Origin: Lama glama
Taxonomy: Eukaryota
DNA length: 64,000 bases
NCBI GenBank assembly: GCA_028534125.1
Contig: CM052816.1
Location: 79,920,001-79,984,000, forward strand
Direction: 5' to 3'
Positions 37,806 to 50,500 of this stretch are shown piece after piece (within the stretch, counting starts at the first letter, position 1; each line of letters opens with the position of its first letter). The position numbers and the translations under genes are program-made. The notes beneath the pieces are model-generated. The model made no database searches and was not told the origin of the DNA. It saw nothing but the letters and a program-made list of their open reading frames with translations.

Positions 37806-38200
37806 CTGAAAGTTATCACAGTCCAAAGAATGGAGGTGGGTTAGTTAGGTTAGTAAAGTCTGAGCAAATAGCTTCATCAAACAAATGAGAAAAACCTCAA
37901 CAGTTCATGCATTTCTTACTTTGTCAAGATCTGAAATCTGCTACCAACATAAAAATAAGTAATATGCATGCTCCAAGTTTTCTTCTAGCAGCCCATGCTT
38001 TAATAGCAAGAAAAAAAAAAAAAAAACACAAGACAAAACCAGATTAAGTTGGTGTGGAGAACTGGGAAAGTAGAGGATGAGGAGTTGTTTACACAATTTA
38101 GAACCCAGAATACATTCACAGTCTAGCTTCCATCTTAATGCAAAGAAGTGGTATCTCCCCAACCTTTTCATTATTTTCATTCCTTTTCTTAAAGAATGCA

Positions 38201-38360
38201 CAATTGGCTTTCCATATCTGCAGGTTCCACATCCACAGATTCAACCACCTGCATATCCCAGAACCACAGATACAGAGAGCCAACTATACTACACAATTTT
38301 ATATAAGAGACTTGAGCATCTGCAGGTTTTGGTTATCCCCTGCAGATATCAAGGAATGAA
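38201..38360. mobile_element. MER2/Tigger-type MITE
   Basis: atctgcaggttccacatccacagattcaacc...tttatataagagacttgagcatctgcagg. Confidence 0.7.
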
Positions 38361-38997
38361 AAAAGGTAAACTTCATCTCTGAACGTTATGGAGAAATAAG
38401 TAACAGAATTAGTACAAAATAAATTAGGCAGTATTTGCTGTTTCTGATAATTTTTTTCAAGAATCTTGGCATATAAATAAATAAAACAGCCAAATATATA
38501 CCTCATTAATAAATAATAGTGATTATATTTTTAGGGAAAATTCCAAAAATAACAGAGCAAACTTCTCAATTTCTACCTGTGTAACACTAATGACATTTTT
38601 AAAAAGCTCTAACTAAAATGAAAGAAAATGCCAAATCTCTTATTTTCATTAAATATCTAACATGAATAGAGTTCTATAATTTCATGTGATAGCAGTTAAG
38701 ATACTGTTGTTCATTCTCAGAGTCAAAATCATATCAAATAGTTTCACACCAGTAGGAAATATTAGTACATTTCAGGAAAAGATGAATATATAAGTAGCAA
38801 GTTTAAAACTACATGCTTTGGAAATTGGGTAAATCATTATGAAAACATTTACCACCTTAACAGCAAATCATTTACTCCAAAGATATTTTACTCTTTTAGT
38901 AGTTTCAACATAAGTCTTTATCGCTAATGGACCACTGAACATTTTGAAATTCCCACAAGCAATGACGAAAAAAATCTCCTTCCCCAAAGATAAATAC

Positions 38998-39026
38998 CTG
39001 CTTTGGTTTTGTTGGTGTCTTTAAAT
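38998..39026 (-). CDS. RAI14: RAI14 exon 10 (29 nt small exon) DLKTPTKPKQ
   Basis: ctctatag acceptor, CAG|gtattt donor; required to keep frame. Confidence 0.94.
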
Positions 39027-39268
39027 CTATAGAGAAAAAAGTGGGGGGAAAAAAAACAACATTATAAGAACCATAATGACTCATATCTCCACTTTGGGTC
39101 AGGGGATACAAACACACACACACACAACATACACACTATTTAACACTTCATTTTTCTTCAAGAGTATGTTTAAAAGAATAATAAAATATATTGCACAAAT
39201 TCCTTTATCCTTTGGGGAAAATGGGGTGGATAACTTTAAAACAACACTGGCTATTTTCTTTCACATAC

Positions 39269-39447
39269 CAGCATCCTGAGAGATTTTTGATAACAGAAGG
39301 CTTTGAATTCCTGCATTTTCTGAGAGTTTGGAATAATGTAAGGCATTGTGTCCAAGAGAATCTACAGGGTTTAGGTCTGCACCCTTTTTAATTAAGGCTT
39401 CCACGATGTTAGAGCTGCCGATCTCACAAGCCAGCATGAGAGCAGTT
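39269..39447 (-). CDS. RAI14: RAI14 exon 9 (179 nt) [25 protein letters not shown]...LLSKISQDA
   Basis: tttttag acceptor, CTG|gtatgt donor. Confidence 0.96.
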
Positions 39448-40070
39448 CTAAAAAAGGAGACAACAAATTAGTACTAACAAAATGTGAAAACTTTTTGCTA
39501 GAAAATCACTTCACTTGTCTTAGAAACAGAGATTAAATGTACTTAAACCTGTACTACACTTAGTCTTCTAGGAAATTTGAAATAAATGCTATCAAAATAA
39601 AATTGGATAGTTGTTTTATAAAACTTCAGATCAAATCAAAACATTAAACAATATTACATCAAAAAACATAGACATAATCTTCTAAACGTAATGGAATTTA
39701 ATACGATTGGCACAAATCTTGTCTTTCAAATCAAGTATTTTGAAGAATCTACACCATGGTTAAAACAATTTTTTACAAAGCAACCCATATGTTTACTTTC
39801 ATTTTGCATAAAAAGTCAAAGGAAATGGTCTATTCATTGTAGCATCTAATCTCATCACAGACACAGTCAGCAATGATACTCCCAGAGGTCTGGGGAAAAT
39901 ATTTTTTTAAGTCAAAACAGATTCTTAATTATCCAAAAAGGCAGAAAACAGTAAAGGAAAGAAGTTAAAACCACTTTAGAACCAATGATCCAAAATACAG
40001 CTATGGTATTTTGAAAGCTTCTCAGAATATGGGTATCATTGAAATCACATGATTTCTAATTCTGTGGTAC

Positions 40071-40177
40071 CTTCCGTTCTTGTCCCTGGAATTTACATCT
40101 GCTCCGTGATCCAGGAGAAAGCGACTGACCTCGCTGTGGCCATTTTGTGCTGCAAGAAGCAGTGGTATATTCCCATC
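40071..40177 (-). CDS. RAI14: RAI14 exon 8 (107 nt) [36 protein letters not shown]
   Basis: ctcctag acceptor, AAG|gtacca donor; ankyrin consensus. Confidence 0.96.
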
Positions 40178-41749
40178 CTAGGAGACAAATTCAGATTAAG
40201 ATTTTAACTTTGATGCCAAAGACTAGAATTGCAAAGGTCCTTATTCCATCTACATTTACTCCAGAATTATCCTGCTGGTATTATATTTGACCCATCAGGA
40301 CAGTCTGTGCCCCAACAGGGCAACATCACATTCCAGCACAATCTTCTCATGGAATTTCACTGACAGTTAGCTTTTCCTTAGGAGCCAGCCTCTTGAGCTG
40401 CCTGTCCCCTCAACTATCACTCACTCTGGTGATGATGTGAGAGAGTGGGACACAAAGTATGACAAGGCTCAAGGCAAGTCTACCAGGTTTACCGAGAAAT
40501 GGTTCTCCACAGTTCTGGAGAAATGAGGATTGTTTCCGCTTGGCGTTCATAGGTCCCACTGCTCTCTAAGCAGTTCCTTTTGAGTGAACCCCACGTATCC
40601 TATATTCTACATCCACTGTCTTCTCAGAAAGCAGACCCTTCCATAATCTTACTAGGCACCAAAACATAACACAAAACTAAGAGTTTGTGTCTGTTACTGA
40701 CACATGACTAGATAAAGAGACTGATGGAAAGAAGGGTTTAATATGTTATAATTGGCAATTCCTTTAGGAAAAAAATTAGCTTCCCAACTCACACAAACTA
40801 TGTCAGATGAATTAAGAACCCTGACATTACAATATAAAACAAATGAAAAAAAAAATACTGGGAACACCACGTAGGTGACAATTTCCACAATCTTGTGATT
40901 TTCAAATTATGCCAGCCATAAAGAGAAGCATTCTTTCTGCTCTTTCCTTGAACATTCCCCACAAATGGGGTCTACAGTAATTTTAAGGTAGACGTAGCCA
41001 AGTAGGCAAAGGAAAAAAATAAGTTAAGAATACGTCCAATTATTTTAACATGGGTTTTTAAAACAATACAATGGCTGCTTAAAGATTAAGTATACACTTA
41101 AAGTAGAATTTCAGACACATTTCTAAAAAATTATCTTTGTGATGTTATAATACTTTCTGGGTATAAAGTACTGAGATTCAGGGAGTATGAATTCATTTAT
41201 AGATTCGAAATAGTCACTTCACAATATCCACATCAGGGATAAGGTATACATACAAAGTCCCATGCTACAGCAGGAAATTGAAGCCTGTAACCAGGAGCAA
41301 CAGGCATGTCAATTTATTCTCAAAATAGCCCAGCAAGGCTAAAATTGGCTAGAAGTGGTCTTTAAAGTTGAGAAACTCTATCCCGGAGTACTGAAGGTGA
41401 TAAATGGGGTACAGAAAGAAAATAACAGGACGTCTACTTAGACTTACTTTTTATTTATAAAAAAAAAATCAAGAAATTAAGCCTTATTAATAATTAGGTT
41501 GATGACAGACCACATGTCTGTTCCTAGAAACAAGTACAGGAAGTGCATGCTACAAAATGTTTTATTAATGGTTTAAGGACTGATGGGAATAATACTTAAA
41601 ATCTGTTCTGCATAAGAGGATCCAGGTCAGAAAGCAACAGACTTCTGCCAAATGCCTGGGTCTCTAAGGTCTTAGTGACTCCCAGAAGAAGCCCATGGGG
41701 CTCCAGAAACCAGTGTCCATCTCCACCTCTGGGGCCACCTGGTACTTAC

Positions 41750-41820
41750 CAAATCCTTGAGGTTTATGGGGCTTTTGTGCTCGCATAGAACCTGCACAGC
41801 TTGAAGGCAGCCTTGGGCCG
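41750..41820 (-). CDS. RAI14: RAI14 exon 7 (71 nt) [24 protein letters not shown]
   Basis: ctttcctcag acceptor, TTG|gtaagt donor. Confidence 0.96.
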
Positions 41821-42527
41821 CTGAGGAAAGACACAGAAACCACAGCCAATCACAAAGCAACTCTCACAACCCGGGGCACCAAACACTTCCAGGAATGAAA
41901 AGTTCACATTCTGCCCAGTTTGCCCACGTTACTCAGTTGTACTGAAGAGACATGGACTCAGGAAGGCTAGGTAAGCGGTGTTTTAAACTCCTGTTTAATT
42001 TCAGTGTCATCCAGACCTGACCTAAAGCCAGTGCCCGCCAGCTGCCTTTAGGCAAATTTGGTTTAGCTTTTTGTAGGACTTAGCTTTGCCACAACCAACT
42101 CTAAAAGAAATTTGTAAACCTAATCACCCCAGAGTTCCGTGTCCACGTGCTGTCGCTTGCAACGGTGTAAAGCCAAATGCTGATAAATAAAATTGACTGA
42201 TGTTCCTTTTGATCCCCAAGTAAAAAAAAAGTATCACATGTTACCTGAAATCTACCAATGCTTATCAATCTCTCTTCAACAGGAAACTCACATAAATTAA
42301 AATACAATAACCATAACAATTTTTACTAGTTGTTTGGCAGGTGACTGATGACTTCCTCGGTAAAACCTGACGCATTTTGCCAACTGAGGAAAAGGGGAAT
42401 GATGGCTAGGAGGGATGGCAGAAAACAGCACCAGGAATAACGTGGTAAGGCTAATGCCTTAAATGAGGAAAGTGAAAACTCTGCGTTTCTTGTGGCAGAA
42501 GAAGACAAATAGGAGAATGAAAATTAC

Positions 42528-42585
42528 CTGCATAATGTAAAGCTGTTTTCCCAGAGCTGTCGACACTTTCCGCTGGGCATTTAGA
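42528..42585 (-). CDS. RAI14: RAI14 exon 6 (58 nt) SKCPAESVDSSGKTALHYA
   Basis: ttacag acceptor, CAG|gtaatt donor. Confidence 0.96.
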
Positions 42586-42779
42586 CTGTAAGACAAAAAT
42601 CCATAAATACGTATGATAAAATTCAGTTCTATTCAGTTCGTCCTTTCCCTGCAAGGTACGATGCGACTTACTAGTTAGCGTCCTTTCTCTAAGCTCTCTT
42701 CCTCCGTCATCTCATCCACACCCACACCTTGAAATTCCATCCAGAAGCTAATGACCCCCCGATGCATATCTTAACAATG

Positions 42780-42990
42780 ACAACGGTACCGCTGTGTGGA
42801 TATTAGCTATGATGTGCCAGACACTGTTCAGGGAGTTGTTTTAAAGGCTCCTAACAACCTAGCTGGGGACTATGATTACCACCATTTACAGATGAGGAAA
42901 CTGAAGCTCCAAAAGGTTAGTAATTTGCTAGGGTCACAGTGGCAAAGCCAGGATTCAAAACCAGAAGGGCTGGGCTAGAGCCCATATTCC
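42780..42990 (-). mobile_element. MIR SINE
   Basis: ccatttacagatgaggaaactgaagctc...gggtcacag...ccaggattcaaa. Confidence 0.75.
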
Positions 42991-43029
42991 TATCTATACC
43001 TGGACACAGCAGACGGCAGCTCTGAGCCC

Positions 43030-43870
43030 CAGGCTTGACAATTCACTGCCTGTCTCACATTTCCGTCCGATGTCTCACAAGCACCTGGAAGGTCGCACAG
43101 CCAAACTTCTGGGTTCCCCTCCCCGATTCTTCCCTGTTTATCGTCAGTCTAGTCAGCCAGCCAGCAACCATCACATCATCCTTGATTTCTTCTCCTCTTC
43201 CCCCTCACACATCTAATCTACCACTGTGTCCTGTCAGTTCTGTCTCCAAAACACACCCCCATCTACCCTCTCCTCTTTCTCCATCACCACCACCTGGTCT
43301 CAGCCAGCACTTGCTCACCTGGACAGCTGCGACAGCCTCCCAGTAGGTCTCCACAGTTTGCTTTTTCCTTTTTCAATCGATTCTCTGTCAGAGTGATCTT
43401 TAAACTGGGGAGGTCACTCTTTACTTAAAAGCCCTTCACAGCTCCATGCTGTACTTGGATGAATCACGGTCTGCCTGTCAGGGCACACAGGCTGCACTCT
43501 GTGCCCTTCCCTATCGCTCTGCCCCAGGCCCACTCACTGGCTTTCCTCCTCCCTGACTAGTGCCTTTCTTCCCTCAGGTCTTTTGTACCTGCTGTTCTGT
43601 CTGCCTGGAACGCTTTCCCCCTGGCTCTTTGTGTCACTGAGTTCTCAGCTTAAATATCACCTCCTCCAGGAAGCCTTCCCTGACCATACACCCCTCGCTC
43701 CAATCTCACAGTTCTCTGTTAGTTTCCTTCTTAGTGATGTGCAGTTTGTCATGTGTATTTGTGTCTTTGTTGACCACGTGGCAAGCCAGCGGGATGGGGG
43801 CTGCTCTGTTCGTGGGTAAATACTCACTGCTTGACACAGTGCACTGTGCCCAGGAACACTTGCTGGGAGA
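43030..43870 (+). mobile_element. L2 fragment
   Basis: cacctggacagctgcgacagcctcc...tgcctggaacgc...tcagcttaaatatcacctcctccaggaagccttccctgacc. Confidence 0.75.
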
Positions 43871-45456
43871 GAATGGGGGAATGGTGGGCTATCAGGGAAG
43901 GGAGAGAGCTCATCTGAATTTGAAGCATCTCACGAACCTCTTTTGGTGCTCACTTCCTTGAGGAGGGAGAACTTTGAAACGGAGCCACTGGCAGTCTCCC
44001 CAGTGGACGGACAGTATGAGCAAAGTCCCAGAGAGAGGAGTAAACGCAGAGGGTGCGGGGTGAGGGCTGGCAGGAGACGACAGGGGCCCCAACACAGACA
44101 GCAAACACAGTGAACGCAGAGGGTGTGGGATGCTCAGACGAGAAGTGAAGACCTGACCAGAGAGGTGCAGGACCCCAGGAGAGCGGCTCATGAGGAGGAC
44201 ATGAAAACCTCAGGTTTTAACAACTATCCAGAAAGGAGAACGGCCCTCAGACAATCTGCAGAGAACAGGCAGCGTCAGAGGGAAATGTCTGTCTGCCCCA
44301 CGGCGGTGAGAAGAATGGAGATCAACTTACGACTTACCAGGCTTTGGCCTAATTTTAGAACAGCACAAGGAACTGTTTAAAGGCTTCAAAGATTCCAGAG
44401 AAAAACCAATCTATTTGCATAACCAGATATAAAATTACATGAGAGGCTAGAATATCTGCTCCTAGCCCATGAGGATTGCCAGCTTGTCAAGTTCATTCTT
44501 CCTTAAAGCCAGAGCCAGATGCAAAGTCTGGCTAGCCAAGCCAGGATGGGAATGAAGATTTAAAATAGAAAGAAGTTAACAAAAATGAAGGTCTAAGACC
44601 AAGGGTGTGGAAACAGGGCACTTGGGCAAGTCAGTGATTTTCATTTATGTCCAGAGTGCCCTGCACCAGAGGAGACAGGTAAGAAAAGTTCTATTGTAAC
44701 TGTCTTTAGAGTGAAGCCTCATAATAAAAATCATCATCATCACCACCACAGATGTTGATCTATTTTTCTTGAATTTCACTTCAAAGATCTGTTAAGGGTA
44801 AGCATTCCTGGCATTAGTGGGAGTTTACATCATGTCATGCAAGACAAGAAGCTGTGTGATCAACAGAGCAGGACAAGTTGAAGAATGTGACCACATTTCT
44901 GCATTAGAATTGCAAAGCCAAATGAAAGCAAGATGCCGGGTCCCAAACAGTGCTCAGGAAGGCCAAGACAACAGCTCGGTAGAACAGACAGTACTCCAAG
45001 CACGTATTTTATTGCTCTGTGCTGTTCCTGAAAACAGCCAGCTTGCATTTTGTCTGGCAACAGCTGGAAGTTACTGTACAAACTGCCATTGGGATTTTAT
45101 TAAATATTCATCTTAAGAGATTTACAGACGTTGTCACCCGAAGTGATCCTTATACACTTCCTGGCAAGGTGATCAAACCAGTGAGCTGACTTAAAATTAT
45201 AAAGCAGAATAAAACCAAGAACTTGAACAAAAGCTACGAACTAAGAGCTCATCAAATCGTATACAAGGAAATAGTGGTTGAAATGCTGCTTCTCAAGACA
45301 AGCTGTGTCCTAATGACTGAGAGAGAACAAATACCAGAATACTGGAGATCTTGTGTTGTAAGGATCTCTAACAGCATGGAAAATAATTTTTTTAATCTGA
45401 CTATTTAAAGGGTACAACTCTTTCAGATAAGAAAAGAACTGAATAAAGAGAAAAAG

Positions 45457-45660
45457 GCTGCATCCCAGGATCCAAATTTTTATTAGGACCTTCTTCTCTA
45501 CCTGCGTAATTGCTATGGAAGTAGCTGCATCCCAGGATCCAAATTTTTATTAGGACCCTCTTCTCTACCTGCGTAATTGCTATGGAAGTAGCTGCATCCC
45601 AGGATCCAAATTTTTATTAGGACCCTCTTCTCTACCTGCGTAATTGCTATGGAAGAAGCT
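45457..45660. repeat. Tandem repeat, 3 x 67 bp, near-perfect
   Basis: Units start at 45457, 45524 and 45591; only two substitutions among copies. Confidence 0.97.
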
Positions 45661-45725
45661 CTCCTGGGCTGTCATTTTGATAATGAAGCTGCTTAGGAAA
45701 ACGAGGTTCTGGGATAACATTTAAA

Positions 45726-45810
45726 GGGGAGAGAGAGAGCGAGGGGGAGAGAGAGAGCGAGGGGGTGAGAGAGAGAGAGCGAGGGGGAGGGAGAGAGAGA
45801 GAGAGAGAGA
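45726..45810. repeat. Compound (GA)n purine microsatellite
   Basis: gggggagagagagagcga units. Confidence 0.95.
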
Positions 45811-45893
45811 ATGAATGTGTTCTTTCACAGATAAGTTACTTTTCGATGTTTAAAAAAAAGGCACATTTGTCATTTTAAGTGGTTCCGTTTTAC

Positions 45894-45958
45894 CTGAAGG
45901 AGCTTCTTGATGCATTCGTGGTGGCTGTTCTTGGCTGCAAGGTGCAAAGCACTGTGCC
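45894..45958 (-). CDS. RAI14: RAI14 exon 5 (65 nt) GHSALHLAAKNSHHECIKKLLQ
   Basis: tttag acceptor, CAG|gtaaaa donor; phase fits neighbours. Confidence 0.96.
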
Positions 45959-46952
45959 CTAAATGGGTTTAAAAAAAAAAATTGTAAGAAAAAGACCACA
46001 CGTTTAAAATCTCTTATCTCTGTAATGAAGGCAACTATGAGGAAATAAACTGTTCTCCAACAGAGACAGGATTGTTACTCTTGAGAGTCAGGCCTCAGCT
46101 TCTTATCTGCAAAGTTCAGGCTGACAAAAGCAGGGCGGACACAGAGCATCCTGCCCCCTGGATAACGTTCAGGGGCCCCGCCAGCCGCTGTCCTCTTAGG
46201 GTAAACTCCTGGCGAGCAGCTGGCGGGGGACCCAGGTCTGTGGCCCGGAAGTTCTGCTTTCAGCCGTCAGCCTGTAGGCCAAATGCCCCGCGTCCACAGC
46301 AGCCACCCCAGGCCACGACTGCCACCGGCCTAGGAACCCAGCAAAGGCGGTCAGCAAGCCTGCAGAGAACATACTGAACACCCACATGAAACCCTCACTC
46401 TGACCTCTCGTTTCTCTCTCCTCCAAACGTGCACCAGATCTGTGTGGAAGTTACCTGGAGTTCTCAGGTAGTCAGCGTTCTTACACAGAAGAAGGGAACG
46501 AGTAATAAAAACAATGCGCTGTCCAAGCAGCATCTCTTCACATTTCCTTCACAGAACACGAGGCTGACATGAGACTCTGACGTTTCTGTGGTCAGAGAAC
46601 TTGAGGCATATACCCTGCCCTCCGTCCCCACCCCCACCTAGACGGCCTATAGCGTTCCTTAGGGAAGCTTAGGGGAGCCGCGGTGTGGCTACCAGACCAG
46701 CCGGCTCCCAGCCCAGGGCCTTGACAAATGGCTCTTTGCTCAGCCTGGGTTCTCTTCCTGCAGGATAACCATCCAGCTTGCCCTTCACCTCCCTCAGATG
46801 TCATAGAAACACTGCCTTCTAGATGAGGCCTTTCCTGACTTCTCCCCTTAAAACTCCAGTTCCTCCCCCATCCTATTTATCCCCACTCCCTGCTTCATTT
46901 CTTTGTCCTTCTTAGCAGCCAGCAGCTCCCAATACCTTTCCCACCCCACTCT

Positions 46953-46953
<1 letters not shown>

Positions 46954-47010
<57 letters not shown>
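46954..47010. repeat. (CA)n microsatellite within an L2 3' end (~46790-47110)
   Basis: about 28 uninterrupted CA units. Confidence 0.97.
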
Positions 47011-47013
<3 letters not shown>

Positions 47014-47320
47014 GCTGGCTGTTCTTCTTTCTCCACTAGAATGTAAACCCCATGAGGACAGGAATTTGTCTTGTTCCCTGCTGTGTCCCAAGTACCTACA
47101 AGCACCGATCTCATTATGTACTTTTGTTAATTTGAATTAGAGGGTATGTTTATTACAAATGTTTGGAGAGAGGGGCTTGGAGGGAAAGAACCAAAGTTAC
47201 CACTGCCAGCCAACCCAATTCACCTAGTAAACTCTTAAATCCTGCATTTCACAAATGATTTAGCCAAGACACCCCCAATGTTAACACCTGTAAGCAACCC
47301 ACATTTTGGAACAGGCTTAA

Positions 47321-47509
47321 AGCGCGTTTCTCAGCCGCAGGGCTACTGACGTTTTAAGCTGTAGGGGGCTGTCCTACGCACTGGAGAATGCTGAGGGTCA
47401 TCTCTGGTCTCCACCCAACGCATGTCCAGTTGGGATAGTCAGAAATGTCTCCAGACATTGCCAAGTAACTCCTGGGTAGGTGGGAGTCACCCTTAGTTGT
47501 GAACCACTG
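47321..47509 (-). mobile_element. MER20
   Basis: gggggctgtcct...aatgtctccagacattgccaa...ttgtgaaccactg. Confidence 0.75.
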
Positions 47510-50500
47510 GCTAAGAGGAACAATTTCTTTTGTATGGTGGTTCGGTCTCCAAATACTGTTTGTCTTTTCTGAATTTGTCTTTACTGTATACACTGACCGG
47601 AAATCTACTAATCATTAAAGAATCATAAGGCTAGGAAATGCCACATTTAAAATTAGAGGGTTTGAGGACCACAGTGAGCTGCACAAAAGCATGTGTAAGG
47701 TCAAAAGATCAGAGTCCTCCTTTTCTGAGATCAGACGGACTGAGTGAGGGCGAGTTGTGTAATGGGAGAAGAACACTGAGAGGCAGGAGTTCCTTGACCG
47801 CCTCCCAAATGGATGAGGATGAGGAAGATCAGGAAATGAAGGAAAGAGACCCTTGGGAGTAGGAAGACAAAGATCTCTTCCTTTTCCTCCTTGTACTGCA
47901 GGAGACCCCCCTCCTTTCAGGATGTATAACACGTAACAGTGAGTTCAGTTACACTATGCATTAAACTGGCCTTGGCGCATTAGCCTGGCCCTCAACCATC
48001 ATTTATACCAGTGTTTCTAAGGACAAGCACATTCTGTGTTTTAAACAAATGCCTTACAGATGAACTTTTGGAACCCATCCTGATTGTAAGTAGAAGACTG
48101 TTTATGTCGTGTGTGTGACTCATTAACTTTTGTCTATAATGTGGACAAAACTCTTCTACATAAACAGCACCCACTGGAAAAAGGCACTGTTCTCCAAAGA
48201 CAAGAGGGGAGGGAGGTTTAAACAACTCATCATAAAACAAACTACAGGCTTTCATTTTCACTCCAAGAGTTCTATTCATACCTGGAAGTGAGAGCTGTGT
48301 TTCTAGAGAAACAAAATTCTTTTCTTTCTTGGCCTTATAATGTGTTTTCCTAACCAGGAGCACAAAAGTATTTTTCACTTAAAATAGCTCCCAAATCCAA
48401 ATGATGCATCAGTCCCTGGACATTACACTGGAGTGAGATGTCCCTCACTGCTACCATTAAAACAAAATTCTCTTTCCAAATGCAACATTTTCCAGAGAGA
48501 ATATATTATGTTAGTGACAGAACCTCACTGTAACGAGACAGTGCTTGAGTCTGGCCCCCATTTGGCTATGGATCTGTCTGGAATATCAGGAAGTAATTTC
48601 CCTACAGGCAAATAACAGGGCAAGCCTAATTCAAGTGCATTCCGGCATAACTTTGCCTGTTAAGTAAAACGACCTGTGCTATTTATAAGTCAAGAGCTGT
48701 GGGCTATTTCAAGTGGTTTAAGGATCCACAATCCTGTTATTGAAAGGACTCGAAGAAGGATGGCCCAGCCACTGAAGCCACGGAACACCTTCCTCTGAAC
48801 TACCTCGGACAATAACCATTTATCCAACGACTGAAAATGACTGGAGAAACAGAGAAGAACTAACTCACATGGTAAAGGAATTACTGATGGGACTGGGGAC
48901 ATGGGGACATACTCTTCAAGTGCAGGTGATCAACTGTTAAACCAATGAGGTCGCAGGACACAAAGACATGGCTAACAACCACCAAAAGGCTAAACTTCGA
49001 GCAACTGTAGTTTCAGATCATAATATAGAGACATTTAGAAAAATAAAGAGAATTAAATGATACTCAAGTAGGTAAGTTTTAAAATATATCTACTAAAAAA
49101 CCAAAGTTTCAGAATGCTGAATATAAACAATGAAAGTATAAATTAATTTGGTTCTCATTCAGAACTTTAAATACATTTAAATAACAGTGTTCTTAGAAAT
49201 CCTCATCTTTACATCAACTTTTTATCACTGAATCACAAGACTGTTTATCCAGTTATAGTCCCAGGAGGAAGAAGATGAGAGTATAAAAGATGTTATTTCT
49301 AATAACTATTCTTACTATTAAATAAGGTTCTGAAATTATCCCATAATCTCCACAAAATAGATCTGCATAGTTTTTTTTACAGAGAATCAAAAGGGTTTTT
49401 TTGTGAGCTCATGTGTATATTTTCATGGTTTCAGGTTCTGCTGGTCATTGTATACAGTTGGCCCATCCGACGTCCCATACACATGCAGTAACAGTAAGTA
49501 AAGGGCTATAAATCATATGGTCGTTTTGGGTTTTCTTTATTCCAAAATAAAATACAAAATCCACTTAATGGGCTATAATCTGCAGTTACATTTTAAATGA
49601 CCCATTCTCTACAGTGCCTGAGCTTTCAGATGAACAGCACCTTCTGCATCCTCACATGGTGTCGTATCTGAGTGGGATTAGGGGCACAATGGAACAGAGG
49701 GCCACCCAGAAATCCAAACAAAAGCTAAACAAGCACCTGAAACCCTAGAAAAGAAACAGGGTTCTCAAGTTCCCCCTCCTCAGGACTCTGCATTATAACA
49801 TTTTTGTAGCTCAGTTCTCACTCTCCTAGGCCTCTCTTCTTCTATGAGAAAAGCAGCTTTGGATGCAAAGGGATCAGAGAAAATCTAAGATCTGAGAGTG
49901 TGACAGAAACCGCGCATCAGCCTTCCATCTGTTTCCACCTCCTTCAACAGCACAACCTTCTACGTTTTTAACATCAGTGAGATCGGAGTGTCTGTCGTGG
50001 GCTGGGATCGCTCTTCTGCTCACTAGTCCGGGGATGCGGGCGCAGGGGGCCGTCCTAGGCCATCAGGACCAAGGCCACACACCCCCTGGATGGTGGAGCA
50101 ATAGGAGGCCGGGTCCCTCAGTGTGGACTCAGAGCTACAAACCGATTTGGGACTTTCAACTGAGAGAGAGAGAAAAGTCAATCTCATTCAAGCTGCCGTG
50201 TCACACTGTGTCAAATGCAACAAGTTCATTAATAAAAGGAGTGTGAAAACGAATGTTTGAGGCAAGCACTGATAACAAGCAGAAGATTCTGTGCTCTTCT
50301 TCAATCTTCTGTTAATGCTTCTGTTTACTCTTCTCTTGTTCTCCTGGGTGCTAACAGCTGGCATCCCCCCTGCCCCCTAAAAAAGCCTAGGAATCTGGAG
50401 AAGTGATTTCTAAAGAAACGGACAGAAATGCCACATCTCACATCAGTGAAACACAAGAGCAAACAGCAATGAGAAGTGCTGGACAAATAACGCTGGTCCG

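Noticed and set aside
44041..44126. 13-bp direct repeat aacgcagagggtg
   Set aside because: Only two copies with nothing recognisable between them; likely a local duplication.
45457..45660. CRISPR-like array
   Set aside because: Units are contiguous with no unique spacers, there are no cas genes, and the context is a mammalian intron.
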